This document shows, one piece after another, positions 1 to 12,569 of a stretch of DNA of 64,000 bases (positions are counted from its first letter, which is position 1; each line of letters starts with the position of its first letter). Below the pieces are notes generated by a model that saw only the letters and a program-made list of their open reading frames with translations, did not search any database and had not been told where the DNA came from. Source of the DNA: Eledone cirrhosa (lineage: Eukaryota); NCBI GenBank assembly GCA_964016885.1, contig OZ024741.1:371938001-372002000 (forward strand), in the 5' to 3' direction. The translations under genes and the position numbers were made by a program.

Positions 1-20
1 ATATATATATGTATATGTAT

Positions 21-72
<52 letters not shown>

Positions 73-110
73 GTATATATATATATATGTATATGTATAT
101 ATATATATAT

Positions 111-2145
111 CCTGTTAAGAATCATCCTGTTCAGGGTCTTTGCCACAAGTGACGTCAGTGAGATCCCCCCGGTAGTTGTTGGTGTTAGAGAGATCTCCCT
201 TCTTTGGCACTGGGACGATGTTACTGATCCTCCACTGATTCGGGGCAACTCCTTTTTCCAGTGCCCCGTTACAGAACCCCAGGATGATATCATCAAAATC
301 ACACCTCTTCATCACCTCTGATGCCACTCCATCTTCTCCATGATCCTTGCCCTCCTTGATCCTCTTCTTGGCTCTCTGAAGCTCCTCTCAGGTGAAGGGC
401 TCTGTCTCAACATCCAGTTCCTCAAACAGCCGCCTGTAGGGTCCTAAAATGGTCTAGTCATTTCCTCTTCCTATCCTCGGGCCCCGTTCCCTGGATCTGA
501 CTCGAACACCTTCTCTTCCTCCCTGTGATCTCGTTGATGATCATCCAGCTCTCCTTACATCCAGATCTGTCAACCGCTCTCTCCAGACTTCTGATCTTCT
601 CTATCAGTGCCTCCTCTCTGACCTCAGTGTAAGCGGTACAGAGCTCTTCCCTCATCACCTCCATAGTCTCCATCCTCTCCTCCGTAGGATCAGCATAGAA
701 TTGGTCCCTGGCAGCTTTCAGGTGTTCTCTGGCTGCACACACTTTTGGGTTTGCAGAGCTGACGTGCTTCCCTTTATTCTTTTTCCTCGGCACCAGGGCT
801 TCACTTGCTTCCGCCACTGCATTGGTGAAGTGCCCGTACCTCCTCGTCACACTCTCCTCAGTCCATCCAATCTCTCTCTCCTCTGACTCTCCACACAGAG
901 CACTAAAACTGTTTCTCACTTCCACTGTGAACCTCTCCTGTAGCTTATCATCTTCCTTGAAAGCTCCCCAGTCATAGATTGTTCTCCGGGGCTGAGCCTT
1001 GCTCTTTCTTAAGCTCACGCGGACCTCACTCATAACAAGCCGGTGGTCACTACCCAGTGTACTGAAATAGCTGTATGGTTCCGTGTTCAGAACACTATTC
1101 CGCCACTTTTTCCTCACCAGAATGAAATCAATCTGGGACTTGGATAGGTGCATATCTGAGATGTAGGTCCACATCTTCCCCAGATTCTTCCTAAACCTTA
1201 GGTTGGTCGCCATCAAGTTCGCCTCCAGCAGGGTGTCTCTCAGTAGTCTTCCATTTCGGTTGGTGTTGTTATGGAAGTACCAGCAAGGATCTTCACTGCC
1301 CTCCTTACTCAGGTGTGCATTGAAGTCCCCCAAAACAAGCAGGATATTGTGTGCCTGAGTGGTGTTGACAGCTCTACACACCTCCTCATGGAACTCTTCT
1401 GCATTCACATCGCTGTCCCCCTCGGTTGGACTATAGGCTGAGATGACTGTCAGTCTTGGGTTTCCATTGAAGGTCACCCTCAACACTCGCGGGCAGATAG
1501 GCATTATTTCCCTCACCAACAGATTAGTTTTTGCACTGAACACAAAACTCACTCCTCCTACTGCAGCATTTGTTGTGTTCTTCACTGCCGATGTAGTGAT
1601 GAGCTGGCTCTTCTTCCCAATCATGACACTCCTCACGGGTTCATCGTGTAGAATCCTGTGTTCTTGGATCGCAAGTATCTGTATACCACTCTCCTCGAAC
1701 AGATGTCCCAACTCCTCTCTCTTCTCCAGCGTCCGAATAGTCCTCACATTCAAAGTGCCCATATTGATGGCTCTTCTGCAGGACAAAACTGCATTCTTTA
1801 TATTTGTCTCAGAGACAGCTGATCCATCATCCACTGGCCCTCTCTGTGGCTCTAAGCCAGCATAGTCATAACGACCAGGCTGCTCCTTGACAGTGTAATT
1901 AGGGGCTCTAACCCTAGTGCTGTTAGATCGACTCTCCATATTTCTTTTCAATGGTTGACAATACCTTACCGCGCCACTCGAATAAGGTAGTTATTTAACC
2001 CATAAATGGAGCCCTAACAGGTACTACCACCCTGGGCCAGGGTAGACCTGGGAGTCATGACAACTAAGGGGTAACTCCACATTCCCCACATCTCCTGAAC
2101 TCCCGTACTGGAGCCTTGACACTGGATGTAGTTTAATGTCATACC
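111..2145 (-). mobile_element. RTE-clade LINE, inverted 5' half (5' UTR, APE endonuclease, start of RT), disrupted
   Basis: ORF 458-1951 has APE motifs (GTLNVRT, AIQEHR, SAYSPT, LGDFNAH, SQIDFIL, SDHRLV). Frame-disrupted continuation at 111-450 has PVPKKGDLS..NYRG and ends at ILNR against (TA)n. Confidence 0.9.
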
Positions 2146-3375
2146 CAGGATCCAGCCTGAGATGGAGAAGAAGCTCAGGGACAACCAGAACGGCTTCAGA
2201 GAGGGTAGATCAACCACCAGTCACATCCTGATGCTGGGGAGGATATTAGAGGGAGCTAGAGCAAAGTGCCTTCCTGCGGTCATGGTTTTCATTGACTTTA
2301 GGAAGGCCTTTGATTCTGTGGACCGTTACTGCCTGATGAAGATCTTACAGGCTTATGGAATCCCCAAGAAGATAGTGGACCTGATATCACTGCTCTACAC
2401 CAACACCAAAGCCCAAGTCATTACACCTGATGGGATGACAGAGTTCTTTGAGATACTGGCTGGAGTGCTCCAGGGAGATACATTGGCTCCCTATCTTTTT
2501 ATCATCGTAGTGGACTATTGTATGCGCCTTGCACTGGAGAAACACCAGGACTCTGGCTTTACTGTAGCACCGGCTCAGAGCAGGAGAGTTAGGGCGAAAA
2601 AGGTATCGGATGCTGAATTTGCCGACGACATAGTTTTGGTGACAAATAGAGTGAAGGAGGCAGAGGATTTGATGCGGGAGGTTGAGACTGTGTCGATGAG
2701 TGTGGGGCTGAGAATGAATGGGACTAAAACAAAATATCTGGTAGAGAATGTTGAGAAGCCAGAGGGGATCACTAATGTAGGCGGGAAGCCGCTGGAATTG
2801 GTTGAGGACTTCCTGTATTTGGGAGCAAGGATTGGGAATACGGAAGATGATGTGGTTGAGAGGAAGAGCAAGGCCTGGGCGGCGTGCCACAGCTTGAGAT
2901 CGGTGTGGAAGTCGGACCTTCGTAGAGACCTGAAAATCCGCCTCTTCATTGCTGTAGTGGAGTCTGTGCTGCTGTATGGGTCTGAGACTTGGACACTGAC
3001 CAAGAAACTCACTCAGATGGTGGATGGGTGCTACACGAGAATGCTGAGGATGGCTCTGAACATTAATCAGTATACACTGAGGATGAAAAACTCAGAGCTG
3101 TATGGGAGCATCCCAAAAGTCAGCTCAAAAGTGACACAGAGGAGACTGAGGTTGGCTGGACATGCTCACCGACATCCAGAGTTGACATTGCACTCAGTGC
3201 TGCTTTGGGAGCCCCTACATGGACACACTAGACCAAGGTTAACGTATATTGATGCCCTAAGGACAGACACTGGTCTGTTGGAGATGCAGGACATGGCAGC
3301 GATAATCAGGGACAGAGACCGCTGGAGAGAACTCGTCCATGGATCTCGGGAATTTTACCCACCTTAGATAGATAT
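2145..3375 (+). mobile_element. RTE-clade LINE, 3' half (reverse transcriptase) with short (TAGA)n tail
   Basis: ORF 2162-3367 has QNGFREGRST, FIDFRKAFDSV, GVLQGDTLAPYLF, FADD, FLYLG, LLYGSETW and an RTE-type C-terminus. It resumes at (R)IQPEM, where the inverted half stops. Confidence 0.93.
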
Positions 3376-3401
3376 ATATATATATGTGTATATGTATATA
3401 T

Positions 3402-3451
<50 letters not shown>

Positions 3452-3502
3452 GTATATATATGTATATATTTATATGTATATATATATATGTATATATATA
3501 TA

Positions 3503-4270
3503 TGAGAGTATTGTCACAATTCTAGCGACTGAAAGAAACGTCGGCACGTTACGTATCAAGGAAGCGCTTTTTATCAAATGACTGCAACCGCAAATAAACA
3601 ACCGATCAGAGAGAATCGAAATGAAATGGCTGGTTTAAGTTAACAAGCGATGCAACAACACCAACACACGCACACACACACACACACGCAAACGAGACAA
3701 CTACACACACATAGTAGCATTCCACCATACGAACATACTACACTGCCAATACAGATGAACAAGGCAACAACACACACACACACACACATACTCAAGCGAT
3801 ACAACAACACACACACACACACAGTAACATTTAACAAACAGACAGAGAATGGACTGACAGCTAGCGCCTTCCCACTCCCTCATTCGGCCGCTGACCTCTG
3901 TACGACCGACCCCATTTCACGCGCACGCGCGCTCGGCCGAATACCTCAGATATTCAAATCAACAAACAGCGAAAGACGCGTTCCGAGTTGTCCGACAGAC
4001 AACCTTTTCCCCCACCCCGGAAAAAAACCCCAGTTGATGGATGTGAATCCAAAATATATAGGGACTATTAAATCTCTCCCAAGGTAACTCTCTCTTGTGT
4101 CGTTATTTTTATTTTTATCCTTTATACTCTTCCTTCATTCTACACATCTCACACATGTTATATACACCACGCATCTCAACGTACACCCACTTACATATCT
4201 CTCTCCACCACCGGACCTTGTTACCCGGAGATTTACCCATTTGCATTGTCGAGGCTTCCAAACGACTTAT
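3503..4270 (+). mobile_element. Penelope-like element 3' fragment (end of GIY-YIG domain plus 3' UTR)
   Basis: Reads [26 protein letters not shown], similar to the C-terminus of the PLE near 44330-44450. A decayed HHR-like motif lies near 4028-4063. Confidence 0.55.
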
Positions 4271-4305
4271 ATATATATATATGTATATATATATATGTGT
4301 ATATA

Positions 4306-4344
<39 letters not shown>

Positions 4345-4542
4345 GTATATATATATATATGTATATATATAGCGAGATAGATAAATATACACGGGTGTGT
4401 ATGATTGTGTATAGAAGATTATATTAATAAAAGGAATTCCAACCTTGTCTGATTTGCTCGTTTTATTTACAATCCTTTAAAATTTATAATGGTATTAGCA
4501 TGAAATAGTATGGTAGAATATTAAAAATGTTAAGTGTTAATT

Positions 4543-4579
4543 GAACAAATACTTTCATGCTTAAGAAATCTTCAGGTTC
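4543..4579 (-). ncRNA. Minimal type I hammerhead ribozyme motif
   Basis: Minus strand gaac CTGAAGA tttcttaagcat GAAA gtat TT gttc; stem I gaac/gttc, stem II imperfect. Confidence 0.55.
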
Positions 4580-4619
4580 ATAATGTGTGGTGACAGTCAA
4601 GTTTGCAATTTTCAACAAA

Positions 4620-4628
4620 TATATATAC

Positions 4629-4726
<98 letters not shown>

Positions 4727-4863
4727 GTATATATATATGTATATATATATATGTATATGTATATATATGTATATATATATGTATGTATATGTATATATGT
4801 ATATATATGTATGTATATATATATATGTATATATGTATATATATGTATGTATATATATATATG

Positions 4864-4910
<47 letters not shown>

Positions 4911-4925
4911 GTATATATATATATG

Positions 4926-4989
<64 letters not shown>

Positions 4990-5035
4990 TATGTGTATAT
5001 ATATATGTATATATATAAGCGCATATGTATATATA
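4620..5035. repeat. (TA)n / (TATG)n microsatellite; similar tracts at 1-110, 8705-8860, 16300-16510, 16705-17325, 23020-23370, 28550-28875, 37877-38350, 40075-40390, 45365-45685, 46735-47010 and elsewhere
   Basis: Directly visible; source of the YIYIYI pseudo-ORFs. Confidence 0.99.
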
Positions 5036-5064
5036 TAAGCGCACACACACAGTACCACCAGACA

Positions 5065-5330
5065 TACTAATAATAGAAAATCACCACCAAATAAATCACG
5101 TTGTAGAAAGTATATCTGGTACAATCCTATTTTTAATGCCTCGATTAGTACAAAACTATCTCTTTCATTCTTTAAGTTAATCAACAAGCATTTCCCTAGT
5201 TCCCATAAATACAGTAAAATTCTGAACTCTAAAACTATTAGACTATCATACTCCACGGCACCAAACCTTGAAGCATACATAAAAAAAACTTAACTTAAAG
5301 CAACTAAACAACACTACAAAACAAAATATT
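5065..5330 (+). mobile_element. Neptune-like PLE fragment (region between RT and endonuclease)
   Basis: Translates as [55 protein letters not shown], matching the ILWFAPTFS..HKYHSIFNRHTIKLTYS segment of the 19709 element. Confidence 0.7.
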
Positions 5331-5749
5331 TTGGTAACAGATGGGCAGAACGTAATATCTGCGTGTAGGAACACATATCCTATTATTACTATTCTCCTCT
5401 ATGTTGAGAAAAATTTGGTCGTTCTGACTGCTGCTAGTTATAGCAGTAGCCATCTGACCTCTCTGCCTCTGCCTTTATCTTTACACTCGGCCCTTGAAAA
5501 AATTGATTCCACTTCATTTACTCTCGTCTCGGGAACAATTTTGAATAGCGCCAGTTCGTAATTTGAATTCGAGAATTTTATATTCTCTGAATGAAAAGAT
5601 CCTTCTGACGAGATTCTTTCTTTGCAACGAAGGCCGTATGGACTCCGTTTATTTTTGAGAATCGAAACCGACTCGGTAAAGGTAACCATAGTAAGTACAG
5701 TTAATTTTTAAAATTTATTTTGAAATTTTATCTTATTTGCTAAACCTTG

Positions 5750-5782
<33 letters not shown>

Positions 5783-5951
5783 TTATACCTCTTACACCTT
5801 CAACCAGTGCTACCTGTAATTATGTTCTCTCAAGCATAACATCGTTTTAACTCCTGACTCTCCACATGATGCCTATGACACTAACAACAATTATGTACCC
5901 TAAATGTTCTGAATGACTAGGATTTTAGTCACATGTTTCGACATTCCCTAA

Positions 5952-5996
5952 GCTCCGATGAGGCCAGACTTCCCTCTGGAAGAAACAATTGTCAGC
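5952..5996 (+). ncRNA. Type I hammerhead motif (U4C core variant or decay)
   Basis: gct CCGATGA ggccaga-cttccc-tctggaa GAAA caattg TC agc, followed by AATAAA; palindromic ACAATTGT stem III. Confidence 0.6.
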
Positions 5997-6593
5997 AAAT
6001 AAATGTTCTAAACTAAAATTTGATCGTTTTAACACTTTGTATCTCGGCTCTGTAAAAAAAAATTGAAAATTTGTATCGAGCCTTTTGTCATACGGATAAC
6101 CGGCTAGTACTTAGTACTACCCTCCATATTTACAGTTTTATTAAACATATATAAATATATATATTCTTATTACATATACTCTTTTACTCTTTTACCTGTT
6201 TCAGCCATCCGGCTGAGGCCATGCTGGGACACATATATATATATATATTTTACACTCTAAAAAAAATTATCCCCCCCCCCCCTTTTTTTTAATGTCTTTC
6301 CACCACTCCCCCACACACCATCGGAACTCTCTTCTTACTCACTTTTCTCCTGATTAAGGGCTTATGCCCGAAACGGCCCCTCCCCCGCACCCCTCACTCT
6401 CAACCGTGAAACTAATAATAATATCATTTGTACTGCCTCTTCGTTTTTCTGTTTTTTGTTCTGTTTACTTTTTAAAAAACAAACTATATATATATTGTTA
6501 TACTTTGGGAGGGTCATGTTGCCAATAAAAACAAAAACAAGATGGCGTAGGACAGAACAAAGGAGAGGCACAAAAACAAAGAAAAGAATCCCA

Positions 6594-6636
6594 GTCACTG
6601 AAGAGGCCACAGAATGTGTGACGAAAGAACTTTGAC
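6594..6636 (+). ncRNA. Type I hammerhead motif
   Basis: gtca CTGAAGA ggccacagaatgtgtgac GAAA gaac TT tgac; flanking repeat is shared with 46040-46735. Confidence 0.55.
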
Positions 6637-6845
6637 AATATATGAACAATCATCTGGTTGTGGAACCAACCAACCAACCGGATATTTATAAATTTAATTT
6701 ATAATAAATTGAAGTGAAAGCAACTGGTGCGTGTGTTTCTTATTGGCAACATCATCCTCCCAAAGTATAACAATATCGGTTTCAACACACGTTTTCAGAT
6801 AAAGAATCTTGCTAAACAAATTCAGAAACGAAATATATATATATA

Positions 6846-8525
6846 CTAGCAGTTTAGCCCGGCGTTGCTCGGGTTTGTTCATTTGCTATGAAAAGTTACA
6901 TACAGGTAAACGTGGTTTGAAAGCGAATAAGCTTATCAATTAAGTACATAAAGCAGTTGAACCGGTTATTAAAAGTTACGAACCAATTCGCATTTTGGAC
7001 AATCAATGATGGGCTAATAATCTTCCAATAGCGAATTTAGCAGACCAAAGTTGCAAGATGGTGATCCTGATGCCGCTGGGTGTCAGATCTGTCCGCCATG
7101 GGTAACCCTACCAGGAAATAGTTTTCCAGACGGCATAGCTCTTTGTAGACGATATTGCGTGTCATCCCTTGAGGAATGTAAGCAAAAAGTCCATTCTTGC
7201 TCCCTTCGCGGGAACAGGCAACATAAAGTTGGCCATGGGAGAAGCATGGCTCCCCCAAATGGATGCCCGCCACCGACAATGTTTGCCCTTGTGACTTGTT
7301 AATGGACATGGCAAAACATGGTCTCACCGAGAATTGGGATCGCCGGAAATGGAACGGGATATCTGACGCCGAGGGGAAAAGGTTCATCCTTGGCAGTATA
7401 TTCGGCAGAATTGCCAGAAGTACAACACTATGGGTGTTGTCATATTAATATTTAGCCAATTAAAATCGTAAAAAATAAATAATTTAAACATTTCCTATTC
7501 ATATGTCTATAGCATTAATCTGTTATATGAAGTGTTATTTTGCGGGTTGTTATTTGCAATAAGCCGATTTAAAATGCCCCAGAAAAGGCGTATGTCAATA
7601 CGGAACTCCAATGACTCCCCCAGCAGTTAAATTTTAGAGAGGGGGAATAATCTATTATAGAGAGAGGGAAAAGCGACGGAGAGAGTAAAGCTAAGAAACT
7701 ATAGGGAGGTGTGTTAAACCTCAAAGCATGAAGCATAAAGCAGTTAAATTATAGAGAGGGGGAATGATCTATTATAGAGAGAGGGAAGAGCGACGGAGAG
7801 AGTAAAGCTAAGAAACTATAGGGAGGTGTGTTAAACCTCAAAGCATGAAGCATAAAGCAGTTAAATTATAGAGAGGGGAATGATCTATTATAGAGAGAGG
7901 GAAGAGCGACGGAGAGAGTAAAGGTAAGAAACTATAGGGAGGTGTGTTAAACCTCAAAGCATGAAGAGAGTAAAGCAGTTAAATTATAGAGAGGGGGAAT
8001 AGTCTATTATAGAGAGAGTAAAGCTATGTTTGTAGATGTGTTGCTTAGTTTTCAAAGTTTATGACGCGTTCCTGAATGAAGTTTTGTCACTGTTCTAAAC
8101 TGTAATGGTGATAGGGTAGTAGAAGGAGGCATTAACCTTTTAAAGAGAGTTGCAGAGGAGATTGAGAGGGGAGTAGAGGGGGGATGAACCTTTTAAAGAG
8201 AGTTACAGAGGAGATTGAGAGGGAAGTAGAGGGAGGGATTACCTTTTAAAGAGAGTTGCAACATGTATGTAGTTTCATAGATTGTTGAGGGTAGTAGAGA
8301 GATGCATTAAGCGTGTAAGAGAGAGGGTTACAGCATGTATTTAGTTTTATTGATTTTTTTTTCATAGAAGCAGGACATTTTGGGCAAAGTTTATTACGCG
8401 TTGACCATCGTTGGTAAATTTGGAGCACATTGGAAAAAAAATCATCAAAATCTGTTGAGAAATGTGGAAATGCATAAAAACCATACACACAGGGACAGAC
8501 ATCTTCCATTTTATATATAGAGAGA
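6846..8525 (-). mobile_element. Non-autonomous Helitron (Pif1 helicase C-terminal remnant, internal tandem repeats)
   Basis: 3' hairpin cccgagcaacgccggg plus CTAG at 6846 and TC 5' end near 8525. ORF has RRSQF..CFAMSINKSQGQTL..FSHGQLYVACSR. 3' part nearly identical to 12570-13145. Confidence 0.85.
7622..8025. repeat. About 117-bp tandem repeat inside the Helitron
   Basis: About 3.5 copies of gcagttaaattatagagagggggaa...gtgtgttaaacctcaaagcatgaag. Confidence 0.9.
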
Positions 8526-8710
8526 TATATGTAAAAGATAAACAGAAATAACAACACAATTGGTACAGTATATGGAAGGGATATATTAGGTTAACGCTTG
8601 ATATAGCAAGAAGAGGGTCTTGACGTTTCGGTATATGTATATATATTTCAAGGGCGTTGTACCAGCATGGCCTCAGCCGAATGGCTTGAACAGGTGAAAG
8701 AGTATATATG

Positions 8711-8843
<133 letters not shown>

Positions 8844-8939
8844 GTATATATATATATGTATTTATGTGTATGTATGTTTTCTCTTTCTCTTAATTTCGAG
8901 TATATTTTTTTGACCGGCCACCTTCCTGGTGGCAAGGTT

Positions 8940-10925
8940 GTAAAAGAAAAGAAATTGTCATCCCTTGAATCGCAAGAATATTTTGCAAATTTTGAAGGTG
9001 CCAGCTATCGCAGCCATTTGTAGACTATGAATTAGAGAGCTGCGCTTTTTGTCCGCAAATCCAAGTTCAGTCATACTTTGGTCCAAGCGGGTTGGTATAT
9101 AACCCGTAGCACCAATAATGATGGGTATGAAGCTAAAGGTGTAGCTTGGATACTGGATTTGTAAACTCCTCATCAATAGTCCGTAGATGTCCTCCTTCTC
9201 CTGTATTTTTCTGACAACGTTTACATCAAGTGGGCAGCTGATCTCCACAACAGAACACGTTTTCAATGTGTGGTCCCAAACTACAATATCAGGCCGGTTG
9301 TGCTTTAATTTGGTGGCAGTTTTTATTTTCAGGTTCCACCAGTATTCCTTAGTGCCATCTGTCTCAATATATTCTTCCTCGTTTGTTGTTAATTTTGTTT
9401 TCCGAAGTGCGTTCCAGATGGTTCTAGCTATCCCATCGTGTCTCATGGGGAGGTAGTAGCGAGATGACATTCTTTCGCAGCTGGCAACAATGTGGCTTAC
9501 ATCCTCGATCTTTGTTTTACATAGCCTACATTTATTGTCAGCTACTGGCCCTCCTCTTTTGTGCAGCAGATATTTGTTAGGGAGTTCTTGTTCCTGTATT
9601 GCATAGAGATATCCCTCAAGGTGTGATGTCATAAACTTGTCGGAACTCCATGCCAGGCTTTTTGAGTGGTTTATCCCCTCTATGGTCTGTGTTTTACGCC
9701 TCAAGTATCCATGCACAACTTTTTCTGTAAATTGGTCAATTTTTTTATCTTGTTTGAACATTGAATAGGATCTTCCGATTTCTCTGGGTGAGAGATTTAT
9801 ATCAGGCTTTATTCCATATCTCTCCTCCAGATCAGTCGCTATTCTAATGATATTTCTTTTTTCATGCTCATAAACCTGGGCAAGATGGTTGCCAACCTTT
9901 TTCCTCTGTTGAAGGTGTTGCTTCAGTGTTACTATCTGGGTCTCATATGTTGTTAATATTGATTTTAGGTTAACTTTGCCTTTCATCCTTACGGGGTCGA
10001 TAAAATAAAGTACCAGTAATGCACTGGGTAATTTGCTGGCCTTGTGCCTAAAAGTAGAAACAAATATTGATTTTAGACCCCGGCCACCTTCCTTGCGTGA
10101 GAAGTATAGCCTATCCACATCACCATTGATGTTAAAGTTCCCAGTAACACTGAGAAGTTTGCGAGTTCTAACATCCATCTCACTTAGTTCTTGCAATGAC
10201 CAGTTCAGTAGGCCAAATGTTGGCGTTAGAATTGGCACAGCATAAGTATTGTGGGCAATGTATTTGTTGTATGCTGACAGTTCTGATGACCATATTTTCT
10301 TTACTCTTCTGAGGTATTCAGTTCTGGTTCTCTCCTTATTTATGGGTCCATCATATCTGACATTCTCATCCTGTCCAAGATATCTGTAGTTGTCACCTGA
10401 CTGCAGAGGTTGTATTGTCAGGCTGTTCATCTCTAGATTTCTAGAGGAGGGCACAGCTCTTCCACGTTTTACTGCCAAATATGCACACTTGGACTCACCA
10501 AATTTCATTTTGATGTCGGTTGAAAATTGTGTAATGAGGTTCCATTGTTTCTTGATGTCATTGATATTTGGCCCATACAACTTCAGGTCATCAACAAAGA
10601 AAAGATGGGAGATACTTCTGGGCCCACTTCTTTGTCCACCTTGTTTCCTGAGTAGGTAAGATAGTGGATTCAGTGAGAGAACGAAGAGTAGCACTGACAA
10701 GCTATTACCCTGAAAGATGCCCTTCTGGTAATGTATCTTATCAGTCTTAACCTGCTCCTTCTCACCTCTAAGGATCAAATTGGTGTACCAGTTCTTGGTC
10801 AGGCGTTCAACAGCAGCTACCAATGGTTGTGGGACTTTAGCTAACTGTAAAGCCTTAATAATCCACCCATGAGGTACACTATCGAATGCTTTTTGATAGT
10901 CCAGCCACACGACAGTCATGTTTCT
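8940..10925 (-). mobile_element. 5'-truncated non-LTR retrotransposon with RT and restriction-like endonuclease (R4/Dong-like)
   Basis: WLDYQKAFDSVPH, GIFQGNSLS, HLFFVDDLKLY, YRYLG; C-terminal CCHC knuckle (CRLC..HIVASC), RHD, RPDIVV..VEISCP; flanked by (TA)n. Confidence 0.9.
9969..10062 (+). mobile_element. 5'-truncated Nin/Deu-type SINE inserted in the LINE ORF
   Basis: gcctttcatccttacggggtcgataaaataaagtaccag core; TSD aatattgattttag at 9955-9968 and 10063-10076. Confidence 0.88.
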
Positions 10926-11189
10926 GCGATTCTTTGTTGTTTTTTGCCTGAGTATGTATGTAAATGTATATATATATGTATATATGTATGTATATATATA
11001 TATAAAGGTTTACATATATATATATATATAAAGTCATAAATATATATGTTTTGCAACGGGTCACTTTGTGGCTCAATGAAGAATTAATAAATTAAATAAT
11101 CAGAGCTATATATCATAAAACATTTATCTGGCGATTCTATAGACATGTTTTATGATATGTATATATATATATGTATATATATATATAAA

Positions 11190-12470
11190 TACAATATATT
11201 AATAAATACAATATATTAATAAATGGAAACTATATTTATAAAACCATAATTATTTTATTATATATATTTCAAGGGCAACCAAGGTAAATTATAGTGCGCT
11301 TTCTTCAGATAAAACACAGATTTGTTTTATAAATAAATATTGATATACCCGGAAAAAAGACATTAATACATCTTAATAAATTTTTTAAATACTTATTTTT
11401 GTAATATATCTTATTGTAATTAATTAAATTTTAATTAAATTTTTAATTAAATTATAACAATATTCTTTTGTAAACATTTTTTATCATTAATTTAATTTTT
11501 TAACTTTACCTTTATAAATAATATAAACATAGCATAATGAACGATATATTTACATTGTGACTACTCATCCATGTAAAATTTATTTCTTCGCTCACTTCGC
11601 CCCTCTTTCTCTTTCTCTTTCTTCTCTCTCCCTCTTTTTTTTCAATTTTTTTTTCAATATTCTTTTCTTTCTCCCTCTCAATTCTTTTTCCTTTCTCTCT
11701 CCATCTCAATATTTGTTCTTTCCTTCACTCTCTCTCAATATTATGTCTTTTCTCGGCGGTGGATTGGCAGTATCGGTAGAGGGTCGGACGCCATGCTTTC
11801 CAGCGTAGTTACGTCCCTTTACCATCTGAGTTCAAATCCCGCCGAGGTTGACTTTGCCTTTCATCCTTACGGGGTCGATAAAATAAAGTACCAGTAATGC
11901 ACTGGTAATTGCTGGCCTTGTGCCTAAAGTAGAAACAATATTATGTCTTTTCTCTTTTTTCTTCTATCTCTTTTTCTTTCTCTTTCTATTCTCTTCTCTC
12001 TCCCATTTCATAATTCTCTCTCCCTCCCTTTCAATATATTGTTTCTCTCTATCTCTCTTCCTCTCAATTTTTTCTCTTTATTTCTCTCCCTCTCAATTTT
12101 TTGTCTCTCTCCCTTTTACATCTATTTTTGTCTCTCTCCCTTTTACATCTATTTTGTCTCTCTCCCTTTTACATCTATTTTCTTCCAATAGTTTAATTTA
12201 AATAAACCGTTGTTTTTTTCAATTTTTCCGACACTCATTTGCATACTCACTCACTAATTTGTATCACCCTCAATTATCTCCACTATCCAGCGAATTTCAA
12301 CCGTTGAGCTTGTCTTTTTTCCGGGTATGTCAATATTTATTTATAAAACAAATCTGTATTTTATCTGAAGAAAGCGCACCATAATTTACCTTGGTTGCCC
12401 TTGAAATATATATAAAATAATTATGGTTTTATAAATATAGTTTCCATTTATTAATATATTGTATATTTAC
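11190..12470. mobile_element. PLE 3' UTR/pseudo-LTR with inverted duplicate; HHRs at 11253-11314 (-) and 12359-12420 (+)
   Basis: 11190-11355 is the reverse complement of about 12320-12470. HHR reads ttttat CTGAAGA..GAAA tatata TA ataaaa. Downstream tail matches 22390-22430. Confidence 0.75.
11755..11942 (+). mobile_element. tRNA-derived SINE with Nin/Deu-like core
   Basis: A-box-like tggcagtatcgg, B-box gagttcaaatcc, conserved core; six related copies in the window. Confidence 0.88.
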
Positions 12471-12569
12471 TCCACTAACCTGTTGAGTGCTTTATATCAG
12501 TTATAAAAAATGTTTAAGCTTGTTGAATCCCAACAAATTAAATATAACCTCTGCATATATATATATATA

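Noticed and set aside
1952-2145. Possible HDV-like ribozyme in the RTE 5' UTR (also considered 29222-29262)
   Set aside because: Could not build the nested double pseudoknot by eye; needs a descriptor search.
5331-5689. Short ORFs on both strands
   Set aside because: No recognisable motif; possibly an inverted TE 5' fragment, unsupported.
11805-11845. tRNA-like B-box
   Set aside because: Part of a SINE head; no cloverleaf.
11512-12201. Hydrophobic F/L/S-rich ORFs (also 21910-22221, 25034-25411)
   Set aside because: CT-rich low-complexity tracts in PLE 3' UTRs, not membrane proteins.
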